Virus record (IMG/VR): IMGVR_UViG_3300020186_000013
Location: 1 to 64,000 of that record
Length of the DNA stretch: 64,000 bases
Direction: 5' to 3' (one strand)
In this document: positions 1-9,073 of the stretch, piece after piece
Position numbering within the stretch: the first letter of the stretch is position 1
Layout of the letters: every line of letters starts with the position of its first letter
Translations under genes and position numbers: made by a program
Notes under the pieces: model-generated
What the model saw: the letters and a program-made list of their open reading frames with translations, nothing else
What the model was told of the DNA's origin: nothing
Databases searched by the model: none

Positions 1-815
1 ACCTTACGTTCCTTAGCCACAGGTGGCCGGGCGACGCGGACCGGCGGGTGGGCCATGCCCGGCCGTGGCGGCGGGGCATTAGCCGCCATGTCCCGGAACT
101 CCTCGAACAGGTAGTGCGTCAGCCGGGCGTCGAACTCAGCCCGGTGGGCGTCCGTCATGTCGAGGTTGTACTTCTCTTTGAGCTTGTACTTTTCAACGCA
201 GTGCCGAGTCAGGTTGGAGTGCACACCCGCCCCGCCCAACCGGCCGAGACGCTTGAAGTAGTCCTTCATGGTCTCACCGACAATCGGCAACGCCTTGGCC
301 TGGTCGTAGATCTGGTTGCCCTTCTCGATCGCCGCCGTGTCGAACACGCGGTCGTCGGGCAGGACGAACTCCCGCTTGTAGAACCCGGCCATGTTGTACG
401 CGATCATCTCCTCGTCGAACGCGATGTTATGCCCGACGAAATAGAACCCGCTGTCGATGAGGCCCTGGAGGATCTCGTAGTACAGGTCAAACGCCCGGTC
501 GGGCTCGACACCCTCGTCGGCCATCCGCTCGTAGCTGGTGGTGTAGTGCTGGCCGGTCTTGGCCATGCTCTCCCGGACGTAGTCGAGCCGCTCGCGGAGC
601 CAATGGTCAGGCACCACCTTGTGGTTCCGCCAGTCGACCACGACGTTGTACCGGCTCGTGATCTTGCAGTCCTCGACGATGACGTGACCGAACTCGGTGA
701 TGACGTCAACACCCTTCTTGAACCCCGTCGTCTCGGTGTCGAAACAACAGTACGTGCGAGGCAACTTGCCGCCGTACTGGTCCGTGAACCATTTGGGCCA
801 CATCGGAACGATCAC
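1..815 (-). CDS. DEDDh 3'-5' exonuclease (DnaQ/Pol III epsilon-like), runs off window start
   Basis: Translated manually (not in ORF track): GTG at 815 after AAGGAG. ExoI YCCFDTETTGF, ExoII FVGHNIAFDEEM, ExoIII AHRAEFDARLT. No stop before position 1. Confidence 0.85.
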   Translation of the reverse strand, partial: MIVPMWPKWFTDQYGGKLPRTYCCFDTETTGFKKGVDVITEFGHVIVEDCKITSRYNVVVDWRNHKVVPDHWLRERLDYVRESMAKTGQHYTTSYERMADEGVEPDRAFDLYYEILQGLIDSGFYFVGHNIAFDEEMIAYNMAGFYKREFVLPDDRVFDTAAIEKGNQIYDQAKALPIVGETMKDYFKRLGRLGGAGVHSNLTRHCVEKYKLKEKYNLDMTDAHRAEFDARLTHYLFEEFRDMAANAPPPRPGMAHPPVRVARPPVAKERK

Positions 816-825
816 GCCGACTCCT

Positions 826-1338
826 TTACCGGCCTCGGAGGGCCTTCCAGGTTGCTTCGAGACGAAGTGTGAACCGAACCCAGCGTCGCTTCCACGGCCC
901 CATGGACAGCAACGCCTGGGCGTGGCTGCCGAAGGCCCGGAGGTCCTGGAAGGTCTGGCACGGCCCCTGACCGCCCAGGGTGGCCTCCCGGACTCCCGCG
1001 TAAAAGTACCCGAACATGACCGTACCAATCATCGCACACAGAGCCATCTGGGCCGGGGCTGGGACCTTCCACCACCCCGACCTCTCCAACGCCTCGTGCA
1101 TCTTCTCCTTGGGCAGCTCGGTCGCCGTCTGCACGAACGTGCAGGCTGCGGCACAGGCATCCCCGAGCTGATCCATCGTGATGCCCTCCTTGGTGAGGAT
1201 AGCATCGAGTTCCGGCCACCGCCGGTCCTCCAGGCGAGCCGCGACCTCACGCATCACATCGCCGAAGCAGTGAGCTACGTCTCGATAGGAGTTGTAGAGT
1301 CGCGGATCGTTTTCCGACAGGCGTGCTTGCAGGCTCAT
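826..1338 (-). CDS. hypothetical protein
   Basis: 170-aa ORF in operon-like tiling. Confidence 0.65.
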   Translation of the reverse strand: MSLQARLSENDPRLYNSYRDVAHCFGDVMREVAARLEDRRWPELDAILTKEGITMDQLGDACAAACTFVQTATELPKEKMHEALERSGWWKVPAPAQMALCAMIGTVMFGYFYAGVREATLGGQGPCQTFQDLRAFGSHAQALLSMGPWKRRWVRFTLRLEATWKALRGR

Positions 1339-1348
1339 GTTCAGGTCC

Positions 1349-1364
1349 TAGAAACTGGAATCTA
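1349..1364. promoter_or_regulatory. 16-bp palindromic operator-like site TAGAAACTGGAATCTA
   Basis: Intergenic; identical copy at 55980, variants elsewhere. Confidence 0.65.
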
Positions 1365-1366
1365 CA

Positions 1367-1798
1367 TCAGTACCGCTTGCCGTGCTTAACGGGGCGGGTG
1401 TGGTTGAACGCCATCTTGGCCACGATGGCCTGGCCCAACCGGAGCTTCAGGGCCGCACTCAGGTCCATGATGCGGATCACCGCGTCGGCCAACTCGATCT
1501 CGATGTTAGTGAACTGCGGGCACTTCTCGTCCGTCTCGTCGAAGCCGTGCTTGCGGTGGCTCTCCATCGCCTCAGACAACTCGCTAACCGTCAGCATCAG
1601 CTTCCCGGCGAAGTTCTGCTGCTCGGTCCCGGTGCCGCGACAGTCCGGGCACTTGACCGGGCTGCACTCGTCGCAGTGGACGTCGACGCCGGTTCCCTTG
1701 CACTCCGGGCAGTCCTTCCAGAACTCCTTACTCTTCGCCCACGCCAGAATCTTCTCGCCGTAAGTGTTGACGGCGTCGGCGAACAGTTCGTCACTCAT
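1367..1798 (-). CDS. MazG-like NTP pyrophosphohydrolase with inserted CxxCxGxG zinc finger
   Basis: KLMLTVSELSEAMES...EIELADAVIRIMDL...AKMAFNHTRP.KHGKRY; insert CPECKGTG...CPDCRGTG. Confidence 0.8.
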   Translation of the reverse strand: MSDELFADAVNTYGEKILAWAKSKEFWKDCPECKGTGVDVHCDECSPVKCPDCRGTGTEQQNFAGKLMLTVSELSEAMESHRKHGFDETDEKCPQFTNIEIELADAVIRIMDLSAALKLRLGQAIVAKMAFNHTRPVKHGKRY

Positions 1799-2067
1799 GC
1801 CTTCTTCTTTCCGACGGGCGGTTTCACACCCGGCTTCTTAGGTGGAGGGTTCTCCCAGGCGTCCACAATACGCTGGAAGCGTTCCTTGAACTTCTTCGTC
1901 ATTTTGCCGATCTGGTCGTCGACCTTCGTCTTCTTCGCGTCACTGACGCGGGACTCGAACATCTTGGCCAGTTCCTCGGTCGACTGGCCGTGGGCCACCT
2001 TGAGAGCGGCCAAGAGGACCTTGGCTGCCATGTATCGAGCGGACGGTGTGCGGCTTGCGTTTGCCAT
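1795..2067 (-). CDS. hypothetical basic protein
   Basis: ATG at 2067 with AAAGGGAG RBS; stop overlaps next start. Confidence 0.6.
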   Translation of the reverse strand: MANASRTPSARYMAAKVLLAALKVAHGQSTEELAKMFESRVSDAKKTKVDDQIGKMTKKFKERFQRIVDAWENPPPKKPGVKPPVGKKKA

Positions 2068-2151
2068 CGTAACTCCCTTTAGTGACACGACCGGGGACTC
2101 GGCCACGGTCGTGACGATCATCTCTTTCACGGCACGAAAGATCAAGAGGAG

Positions 2152-4269
2152 CTACGCCTTCAACGCGGCGTCCGCCCGCTTGGCCAGCTCGCCCTGGAGG
2201 GACTCGGTCGTCCAAAACTCCAGTGCCTTCGGGTCGCCCGCGTCGATGTCGTACGGGTTACTCTTCATCCCGTACACCCACAACAGATCGTCGACGATCT
2301 TGGTGCGGGACTTGTACCAGAGCGTGGGGAACTTCGCCCGTGTCAGGTTGAACACCTGCCCGAAGATGTCGCGGATCTCGGTCTCCGCGAACGGTGCGGT
2401 GCGGAGTTGGACGACGTGCCGCAGAGCCCGGATGTTCGCCGTCATGCCGATCTCGTTCGCCTGCCCGTTGGGGGCAATGCGACGGATAGCACTGGTGATG
2501 GCCTTCCGCTTGTCGAAGTTGAACGAGTCGTCCGGCACCCACTTCAAATCCTCGCGGAGCGTGCCTGCCGGGATGTTCGCCCACGCCGCCAGGCACTTCG
2601 ACTCGTTCGGCTTGGCCGTCAGACCCGCCTCGGCCGGGGCGTGCGGGAACTTCGGGTTCGGCTTACGCAGGCCGAGCTTGCACTCGGTCAGGTACACCAG
2701 GTCTTCGATGCACGACAGCCCTTCGAGCCACAGATCCTTCACGGGATTGAGCAGATTGCTCCAGACCAGGTCGATGCTGTCCAGGCGGCAGTACCGCCCC
2801 GACGTCTGCGAGTACGCCCACCCGGCCCGCTGACGCACCTGCTCGTGGGTGTTACCACACCAGAACGCAAGGCCGTGACAGCGAACATAGATAATCCCGT
2901 CCTGCGTCTTCGGACAGTACACCTTCCCGTGATAGTCCTCCTCCCAGAAGTGTTGGGTCTTGATGATCGACACCGACTTACGACTCACACTGACGACCCA
3001 ACTCGGCTTCGTGTGCCGGATGATGCCATCGCGGAAGTCTCGTGTGACGCCGGAGCGGTCGTCTTTTCGCACGTTGGCACACAGACCGAGTCGCCCTAAG
3101 AGAACCTGCCACTGACCGGCGGCGTGCTCCGTTTCGCAGTACAAGGCTTGGTGGCCGTTCGAGTGATGTACGGTCCCGTCACCAGACATTGCCGCAGCGA
3201 AGAAGCCACGAAGAAGTCGCCGACTCAGATTGAACAGATCAGTAACGAAATGCCGCTCCTTGTTGTTAGGCCCGATCATCTGTTTAGCCCACGCCGACAA
3301 CTCACCGTCCGAGATCGTGAAATACTCGATCCGGCTGTCAGAGTACGGGAAATACTCGATCCGGCTGTCAGAGTACGGGCCGTGGTGCCGCCACCGGCTC
3401 CCAAACAACTCGCTCATGAGCGAGTGCAGTGCCGGCAGGTTGCCGACCTTCGACTGGTTGATGACGCACTGGTTCGGACGCTCGACGGAAAAAGTACCGT
3501 CCGTTGCCATCCATCCCAACCACTCCATCAGGCGGTAAGCGTCGTAGGTGTGTTCACCGATCTGGAACTGCTCGCGGTCGTCTTCGGCCGCAAATGAAAC
3601 TTCGTGGTCGATGACGATGGGTTTGCGAAACACCTCCGAGATCGGCACCTTCTCGGAGTAAAGAGCCACGTTCTCGGCCAGCGACAGCCCACGAGCCCGA
3701 CGCGGATTGACGCGAGCCGCCCACAACAAGTGGTCGGGCGTCATGCCGGGCGACACCATCTGCCCGGTCTTCCAACCGAGTAACTTCCCGTCGTAGTCGA
3801 AGCTGTGGACGCTGGCAGGAGTCTGCCACTTAGCCTTCCTGGTGTCCGGGTTCAGCGTCAGGAGTTCATCAGCGACGGTCAAGTCTTCGATCTTCTTCCA
3901 ACCGCTGTTCGTGTAGACTTCCGTGCCCTGCTCGTAGCAGTAGACCCGCGAGCAGTCCGTCACGAGGAAGTTGATGTTGCAGTGCTCGAACACCGAGCCG
4001 TGGCCCGTGTCGAAACAGCTCTCCAGGTTGGCCTTCACCGACCGAACCTTGCTCACGTTCGCGTTCTTGCCCACCACCAGGCTCTTGTAGCACAGCTTGG
4101 CGTACATGGAGCACAGCGACTCGCCGCCGGAGATGCCCGCCACGCGGGCGGCCAGGTAGTCGTCCCAGAAGTCCATCTGCTTGGTCTTCTCCAGGTACGC
4201 CTTCACACCCGGCTCGTGGATCTCCGTGAACCCGGTCAGGAACACTTCCGGCTTAACGAGCTGACCCAT
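2152..4269 (-). CDS. thyX: flavin-dependent thymidylate synthase ThyX, intein-containing
   Basis: GHGSVFEH, spliced SRVY|THEQVRQRAGWAYSQTSGRY, ANIRALRHVVQLR, AETEIR. Confidence 0.9.
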   Translation of the reverse strand: MGQLVKPEVFLTGFTEIHEPGVKAYLEKTKQMDFWDDYLAARVAGISGGESLCSMYAKLCYKSLVVGKNANVSKVRSVKANLESCFDTGHGSVFEHCNINFLVTDCSRVYCYEQGTEVYTNSGWKKIEDLTVADELLTLNPDTRKAKWQTPASVHSFDYDGKLLGWKTGQMVSPGMTPDHLLWAARVNPRRARGLSLAENVALYSEKVPISEVFRKPIVIDHEVSFAAEDDREQFQIGEHTYDAYRLMEWLGWMATDGTFSVERPNQCVINQSKVGNLPALHSLMSELFGSRWRHHGPYSDSRIEYFPYSDSRIEYFTISDGELSAWAKQMIGPNNKERHFVTDLFNLSRRLLRGFFAAAMSGDGTVHHSNGHQALYCETEHAAGQWQVLLGRLGLCANVRKDDRSGVTRDFRDGIIRHTKPSWVVSVSRKSVSIIKTQHFWEEDYHGKVYCPKTQDGIIYVRCHGLAFWCGNTHEQVRQRAGWAYSQTSGRYCRLDSIDLVWSNLLNPVKDLWLEGLSCIEDLVYLTECKLGLRKPNPKFPHAPAEAGLTAKPNESKCLAAWANIPAGTLREDLKWVPDDSFNFDKRKAITSAIRRIAPNGQANEIGMTANIRALRHVVQLRTAPFAETEIRDIFGQVFNLTRAKFPTLWYKSRTKIVDDLLWVYGMKSNPYDIDAGDPKALEFWTTESLQGELAKRADAALKA
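2851..3939 (-). mobile_element. intein (363 aa) with in-frame LAGLIDADG endonuclease in ThyX
   Basis: Starts CYEQGTEVYT, block B TPDH, LAGLIDADG-like WLGWMATDG and FFAAAMSGDG, ends VYCPKT...FWCGN, +1 Thr. Confidence 0.9.
3319..3378. repeat. perfect 30-bp tandem duplication (PYSDSRIEYF x2)
   Basis: GAAATACTCGATCCGGCTGTCAGAGTACGG twice, 3319-3348 and 3349-3378. Confidence 0.95.
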
Positions 4270-4601
4270 TATTTGTTCTCACTGTATTCGGGAGTAGACA
4301 ACACATCCGCACTTGGAACGCACGTCCAACCTGCAACGTGCCATTCGAGCTGCTCTGGCCATTCAGCAACGGTACAAATGTTGCCGTCGCTGCTGTATAC
4401 CTGATCCTCCAACCAACAGACAATGGCTCCCTGCTCGTTGACGGTCACCGATTCAATGCTGGTCGGGTCAGAGTTACGGTCGACTGACACGCCCAAACCG
4501 ACAAAAGGAGCCAACGGCAGGCTCCGCTCTTTGGCATAGAACTTACAAGAACCCGGCACGCCATCGTGCCCAATCAAACGAATCAACCACACCTTATACA
4601 T
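4269..4601 (-). CDS. hypothetical protein
   Basis: 110-aa ORF; stop abuts thyX start. Confidence 0.55.
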   Translation of the reverse strand: MYKVWLIRLIGHDGVPGSCKFYAKERSLPLAPFVGLGVSVDRNSDPTSIESVTVNEQGAIVCWLEDQVYSSDGNICTVAEWPEQLEWHVAGWTCVPSADVLSTPEYSENK

Positions 4602-4625
4602 AGCTGTCTCCAGATCCGATACTCC

Positions 4626-4946
4626 TCAAATACAGTAATCGGGCGGGAACTCGGACACCTTCACAGCAGCCTCGACGGCTGCCCAGGTCGTGTCCGGCCC
4701 GCAGTGGAACTTCCTACCCTTGTAGTTGACACGGTACTGACCGAAGAACAAACCAGACACGTCACCGTCTTCCTCACCCGTATCATCGTCGATGTGCTCG
4801 GCGACATTGTCGATGAACCTGAACTGCGTGCAGGCCGACTCGAACATCGGCACCATCACGACCAACCCGCCCGGAACGTCGTTCTTCCGGGTCCGCTTCA
4901 CCGTCTTAACCATGGACGGCTCGTCGTGCTTGTCGAACACGCTCAC
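4626..4946 (-). CDS. hypothetical protein
   Basis: GTG start after AAGGAG. Confidence 0.6.
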   Translation of the reverse strand: MSVFDKHDEPSMVKTVKRTRKNDVPGGLVVMVPMFESACTQFRFIDNVAEHIDDDTGEEDGDVSGLFFGQYRVNYKGRKFHCGPDTTWAAVEAAVKVSEFPPDYCI

Positions 4947-4949
4947 CGG

Positions 4950-5921
4950 TCACTCCTTCTTGTTACTCTTCCAAGCGTTCTTCATGTAGCATCCCACACA
5001 CGCCGCCTTACTGCGGTCGACATCGAAAGGGACGTTGTCCTCACCGCACTCGTCGCAGTGCTGGAACACGTAGTCGCTGGCGTGCGTGCCGCCGCGACAC
5101 GAGTTGTACCCGTACTTGCACCTATGGCACGGCACCAGATGCGGCAGCTTGCCCATCTTGCACTGGTCGAGCATGGGTAGAGTCCGGTGCCGCAACCGCA
5201 CCTGGCCCAAGTTCCACGCCCGCAGGCTCGGGGGCACGTTCGTCTTGATAAACCCCGGCCGGCCCTCGTAACACGCCTTGGATTCGACGAGCACGTACAG
5301 CCGCATGGTCACGAGCTGCTCCAGGGAGTCGAACGTGCGGGCCGTCACACCCTCGCGGGCGTGGCGGGGAATGTGCTCGAAGCCGAAGGACTTCGTGGCC
5401 ATGTAGCGGCAGAGTTTGCTGCTCCAGAACTTGCGAATCAACAGCGACGCGGGCGTGCCCGCGATCACCTTGAACACAAACGTGGCCCCCGGCTCGCCTC
5501 GCTTATTGAGAGTACGGTTGCACGCCATGATCTGCACCGGCACCCACTCGGGGAACCGCTGCGTGGTCCACGTGCGAACTGGTCGGAGGGCTTTTAAGCG
5601 GGGCTGGTTGCCGGCCAAAAGGTGGCAGGTCATCCGGATGAGGTTCTCGTCCAGCTTGGTGCCGATCAGCGGCCGGAGCGACTCCCGGATGACATCCCGG
5701 AGTATTGACGGAGACAACTGCTCGGCGACCATGTCGACCATGGCCTCGAACCGATCACCCTCCGGGGTCTTCCCCAGGAACTCGTGCATCAGAACTTCGA
5801 CCAGGGAGTTGCGGAGGGTAATAATCGCCTGGATTGGGTAGTTCCATTCGATAGACCCTTCCGTCGGCAGCTGCCCGCTGCTCTGCTCTTCGGACTTTCC
5901 CTTTTTGTACTCGCTCGGCAT
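4950..5921 (-). CDS. hypothetical protein with Cys-rich C-terminus
   Basis: 323 aa; CHRC, CDEC, CVGC. Confidence 0.7.
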   Translation of the reverse strand: MPSEYKKGKSEEQSSGQLPTEGSIEWNYPIQAIITLRNSLVEVLMHEFLGKTPEGDRFEAMVDMVAEQLSPSILRDVIRESLRPLIGTKLDENLIRMTCHLLAGNQPRLKALRPVRTWTTQRFPEWVPVQIMACNRTLNKRGEPGATFVFKVIAGTPASLLIRKFWSSKLCRYMATKSFGFEHIPRHAREGVTARTFDSLEQLVTMRLYVLVESKACYEGRPGFIKTNVPPSLRAWNLGQVRLRHRTLPMLDQCKMGKLPHLVPCHRCKYGYNSCRGGTHASDYVFQHCDECGEDNVPFDVDRSKAACVGCYMKNAWKSNKKE

Positions 5922-6405
5922 GGCGTTCCTGTTGCTTGCGGATCTTCTTCAGCGACGTCTCGGCGTCGATGAACTGATCCTCGACCCACAGAACTGCGTC
6001 ACCGCTCTGATCGGTCGCCACGAACAGGTGTTCGTAGTCGCCGTTGTCGTTCACAACACCCTCGAAGTATTCCCATCCTGGGAACCACCGGTCACCGACA
6101 AGCCCACGGAGCGTCTTCAGGACGACGCCGAGGAGGTTGCCGTTGCCGCCGGTGTTGAAGTACCTGACGACGGACTGGAGTAGCAGCTCCAGCCTTGCAC
6201 AGTCCGCCCGGTCGGCCTGGGTGTGGTTCTCCCACTTCGCGAGCAGCACGGACTGATCCGTATCACCCTTGAAAAGAGGCTGTCGCTCGTCGAGTACCAC
6301 CAAGTAGAGGTACAAAGACAGCGACAGTTCTCCAAGCTCGACCCGCTCGACGCGGTAGCCGTCACGCGGGCTGAGCGGCTTAAAATCATATCGTTCTGTT
6401 GTCAT
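5755..6405 (-). CDS. hypothetical protein
   Basis: ATG at 6405 in ATGA overlap with upstream stop; 3' end overlaps next gene. Confidence 0.55.
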   Translation of the reverse strand: MTTERYDFKPLSPRDGYRVERVELGELSLSLYLYLVVLDERQPLFKGDTDQSVLLAKWENHTQADRADCARLELLLQSVVRYFNTGGNGNLLGVVLKTLRGLVGDRWFPGWEYFEGVVNDNGDYEHLFVATDQSGDAVLWVEDQFIDAETSLKKIRKQQERHAERVQKGKVRRAEQRAAADGRVYRMELPNPGDYYPPQLPGRSSDARVPGEDPGG

Positions 6406-6824
6406 GTTGCCTTCGGTTCCGGAACCGTCAGTGCCCCCTGCACGAGCTTGTACATCTCCTGGGCGTTCTTGATCAGACTGTCGATGGAGGCAAGCATCGT
6501 CTTGCCGTGTGCGTCGCACATGGGGGCAAGGATGTAGTTCAAGTAAGAGGGGTCGATTTCCTTGAGGTCGGACACGACGTCAATCATCTTGACGCCGTCG
6601 ACGGACGCCTTGTAGTGAAAGATCGGCAAGCCCTTGGCCCGCTCGCCGTCGGGGAGGGTGTCGTTGATGGTGTTGAGGGCTCCCGACAGGTAGTTGTACC
6701 CGGCAAGGCTCCGCTCCATCTTGAACAGGTCATCCGTCATGTTGTCGAGGATGTCACGCGGCGTGCGTGACGGGCGAGGTGGCGAGGTTCGCGGGGGAAC
6801 CGGCACGGTCGTGGCAGGGGTCAT
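6402..6824 (-). CDS. hypothetical protein
   Basis: ATGA-coupled ORF. Confidence 0.65.
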   Translation of the reverse strand: MTPATTVPVPPRTSPPRPSRTPRDILDNMTDDLFKMERSLAGYNYLSGALNTINDTLPDGERAKGLPIFHYKASVDGVKMIDVVSDLKEIDPSYLNYILAPMCDAHGKTMLASIDSLIKNAQEMYKLVQGALTVPEPKAT

Positions 6825-7258
6825 TGGTCCGTCCTAAAGGCCACCCCCACATAACAGCGGAAGGCGTCTTCCGGAGACAGGTCCGTACACTCGTGTCCCA
6901 ACACGAGGACCGCTGACTTGGGTGGCAGCGGGTCAATAGACCGTAAAGATTCCGCCGCCGCCAGACCAATCTGGATGCCCAGACCCCAGATCTCCGACAG
7001 TGACCGCCCTTTCGTGCGGTAGGCAAAGATCGGGATGCGGACATACTGATCCGAGTTCGTCACCCCCCACCTAATGTTCTCGATCAAGACCGGCGTCTGC
7101 GGGACCACGTACCGCCCGACGCGGCTCACCTCGGCGACGTTGAACACGCTGCCGTGCGGGTTCACGCCGTGGAGCAACTCACGCTCAATGACGTACGACG
7201 GCGGTACGCCGGTAATCAGGTTGGGCAGTACGTTGCACCACTGCACGTCGAACTTCAT
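6821..7258 (-). CDS. hypothetical protein
   Basis: ATG at 7258 coupled to GT2 stop. Confidence 0.65.
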   Translation of the reverse strand: MKFDVQWCNVLPNLITGVPPSYVIERELLHGVNPHGSVFNVAEVSRVGRYVVPQTPVLIENIRWGVTNSDQYVRIPIFAYRTKGRSLSEIWGLGIQIGLAAAESLRSIDPLPPKSAVLVLGHECTDLSPEDAFRCYVGVAFRTDQ

Positions 7259-8043
7259 GCCTTCCTCGTGATCTCGCAGTCGAACTTTTGGTGGGACAGG
7301 TCCGGCGGGCCGGGCCTGTAGTCCGCCCACAGTGCTTCAATTTTGCCGCTCTCGCCTCGGCGAGGGGCCTTGGACTCTCGGCCCGCATCGTCGGCGTTAA
7401 TGGCGATGCCCTGTCGATAGTTGACCAGGTGCCGCCCACGCTGTTCAAGCAGCTCGCCCAGGATGCGATCGCCTGCTGTGTGGTGCAGTTCAGGGAACGG
7501 GTAGTTCCACTCGTGCAAGAACGATGTCCGAGCCGCCCACCACGCCCCCTGCGGGAACGTGAAGACGTGGTGCCTATTCACGGGCGTCATGCACCAGGGC
7601 TGGGCGTTGATGCCCAGGTGCTGGTTGCCCATCAGCCCCATCGTGTACCGGGCACCCACGACCGTCGAGCCACCGCTGATGTGGTTCTTCGACAGATACG
7701 TCGACACCACCTCAAACACGTACTTGTTGGTGCCAAGCAGATAACTGTCGTCGTCGAACCACATCACGTTCTCGGCGACCGGGTTCGCCGTGTCGTAGAA
7801 CATCCGTCGCATCAGCGGGTACTTGCCGACGTTGCGATCGGGCGTGTACGTGATGAGCGGGCACAACTTCTTGATCGTCCCGCCCAGCAGGTCCACCGTG
7901 GTACAGGTCTCCTCGCCACAAGCGTTGAGGCCGATCCGCACGTCGGCAATGAACTTCCAGTTGGCGTGCTGAATGAGTGAAAGCAACACACGCCGAGCAA
8001 GATCGGCGTGCGAGCCGTACAGGAGTACGCAAACGGAGAACAT
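7255..8043 (-). CDS. GT-A fold (family 2-like) glycosyltransferase
   Basis: N-terminal FSVCVLLYG strand, NVG, DxD motif in MWFDDDSY, C-terminal GDRILG. Confidence 0.7.
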   Translation of the reverse strand: MFSVCVLLYGSHADLARRVLLSLIQHANWKFIADVRIGLNACGEETCTTVDLLGGTIKKLCPLITYTPDRNVGKYPLMRRMFYDTANPVAENVMWFDDDSYLLGTNKYVFEVVSTYLSKNHISGGSTVVGARYTMGLMGNQHLGINAQPWCMTPVNRHHVFTFPQGAWWAARTSFLHEWNYPFPELHHTAGDRILGELLEQRGRHLVNYRQGIAINADDAGRESKAPRRGESGKIEALWADYRPGPPDLSHQKFDCEITRKA

Positions 8044-8058
8044 CCCTGCTCCTGGTTA

Positions 8059-9036
8059 TCAGACCGCAGCGACAGGCTTGCCGGCCTTCTTCTTTTTCTT
8101 CTTGTCGCCCGTCGGCTTGCCGTTGGTTGCGACCGGCTTGCCGTTGGTTACTGGCTTGCCGTTGGCCGCAGCAGCCGGCTTGGTCTTCATCTTGGGGCTG
8201 GTCGCCCGAGCGGCCTCTTCGGCATCCTCGGCGTCCTTCGCTTCCTTGGCCTCGGCCTCAGCCTTCTCCTTCTCTTCGAGCACCGTCTCAACTCGCACGA
8301 TGTTCTTCGCGAGGTACTCCTTGAGGTCACCCAACTCGGTCTCGGTCTTGTCGATCTGGTCTCGCGTCGCGGTCAGCTTATCGAGCAGCGTCGAGGACAC
8401 GTCAGCCGGGGCCAACTCGTCGATGTTTGAGAACACCGACTCCGTGCACGCCTTACCGTAGTTCAGCAGGCCGAGGGCCAGGGAGCCGAGCTTCTGCAAC
8501 CCGGCCATCGGGCTCGCCGGCCGGCTGTGCGGGCGACCGCCGCTGCGGGCGTTCTTGCGGGTCATCGCACCGGACCGAACTTCCGCCTCCACCTGGTTCG
8601 CCGACAGGCCCTCCTTAATGGCCCGCTTCAGCAGCTTCTCGGCATCCGCCACCTTGTCCAACTGGGTGACCGCCAGCCAGTGCGACAGCGTCAGATGCTT
8701 CTGGTACGGCATCGGGCGATCCGTCCACTCCTGCACGTAGTCCTTGTCGAACTTGTCCACGAAGTTCTTCAGGCCGTACAGCGTCGCCGTCGTCTCGCCG
8801 AAGTACGCGGCCATCTGGGCCACCGCCCCGGTGCCGTACGTCGACTCCTTCTTCGGGTCCATCATGTCCCGGACCATCAACCCATCGTTGTACGCTATCA
8901 GCACCGTGCCCACGGCCCGCTTGGTGCTACTGGTCCTCCGGGCATCCACGACCGCCCGCGTCGCGGGTGTCATCGACTCGTACAACTTCGCCAGTTCCTT
9001 CTCCCTCGGTCCGGTCGTCGCCACTTCGCTCGCCAT
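8059..9036 (-). CDS. DUF1016 N-terminal (YhcG-like) helical protein with Lys-rich tail
   Basis: YG.GAV..MA..FG...LY..K.F...LTLSHW...AIKEGLS pattern; K-rich C-terminus. Confidence 0.45.
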   Translation of the reverse strand: MASEVATTGPREKELAKLYESMTPATRAVVDARRTSSTKRAVGTVLIAYNDGLMVRDMMDPKKESTYGTGAVAQMAAYFGETTATLYGLKNFVDKFDKDYVQEWTDRPMPYQKHLTLSHWLAVTQLDKVADAEKLLKRAIKEGLSANQVEAEVRSGAMTRKNARSGGRPHSRPASPMAGLQKLGSLALGLLNYGKACTESVFSNIDELAPADVSSTLLDKLTATRDQIDKTETELGDLKEYLAKNIVRVETVLEEKEKAEAEAKEAKDAEDAEEAARATSPKMKTKPAAAANGKPVTNGKPVATNGKPTGDKKKKKKAGKPVAAV

Positions 9037-9073
9037 CGTCAGTCTCCTAAGTAATGTTCAGACTCTGTGTCGA

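Noticed and set aside
48-872. Long + strand ORFs (e.g. 48..872, 1382..2833, 14217..16601, 24086..25456, 56604..57911)
   Set aside because: Antisense shadows of GC3-rich minus-strand genes; no motifs.
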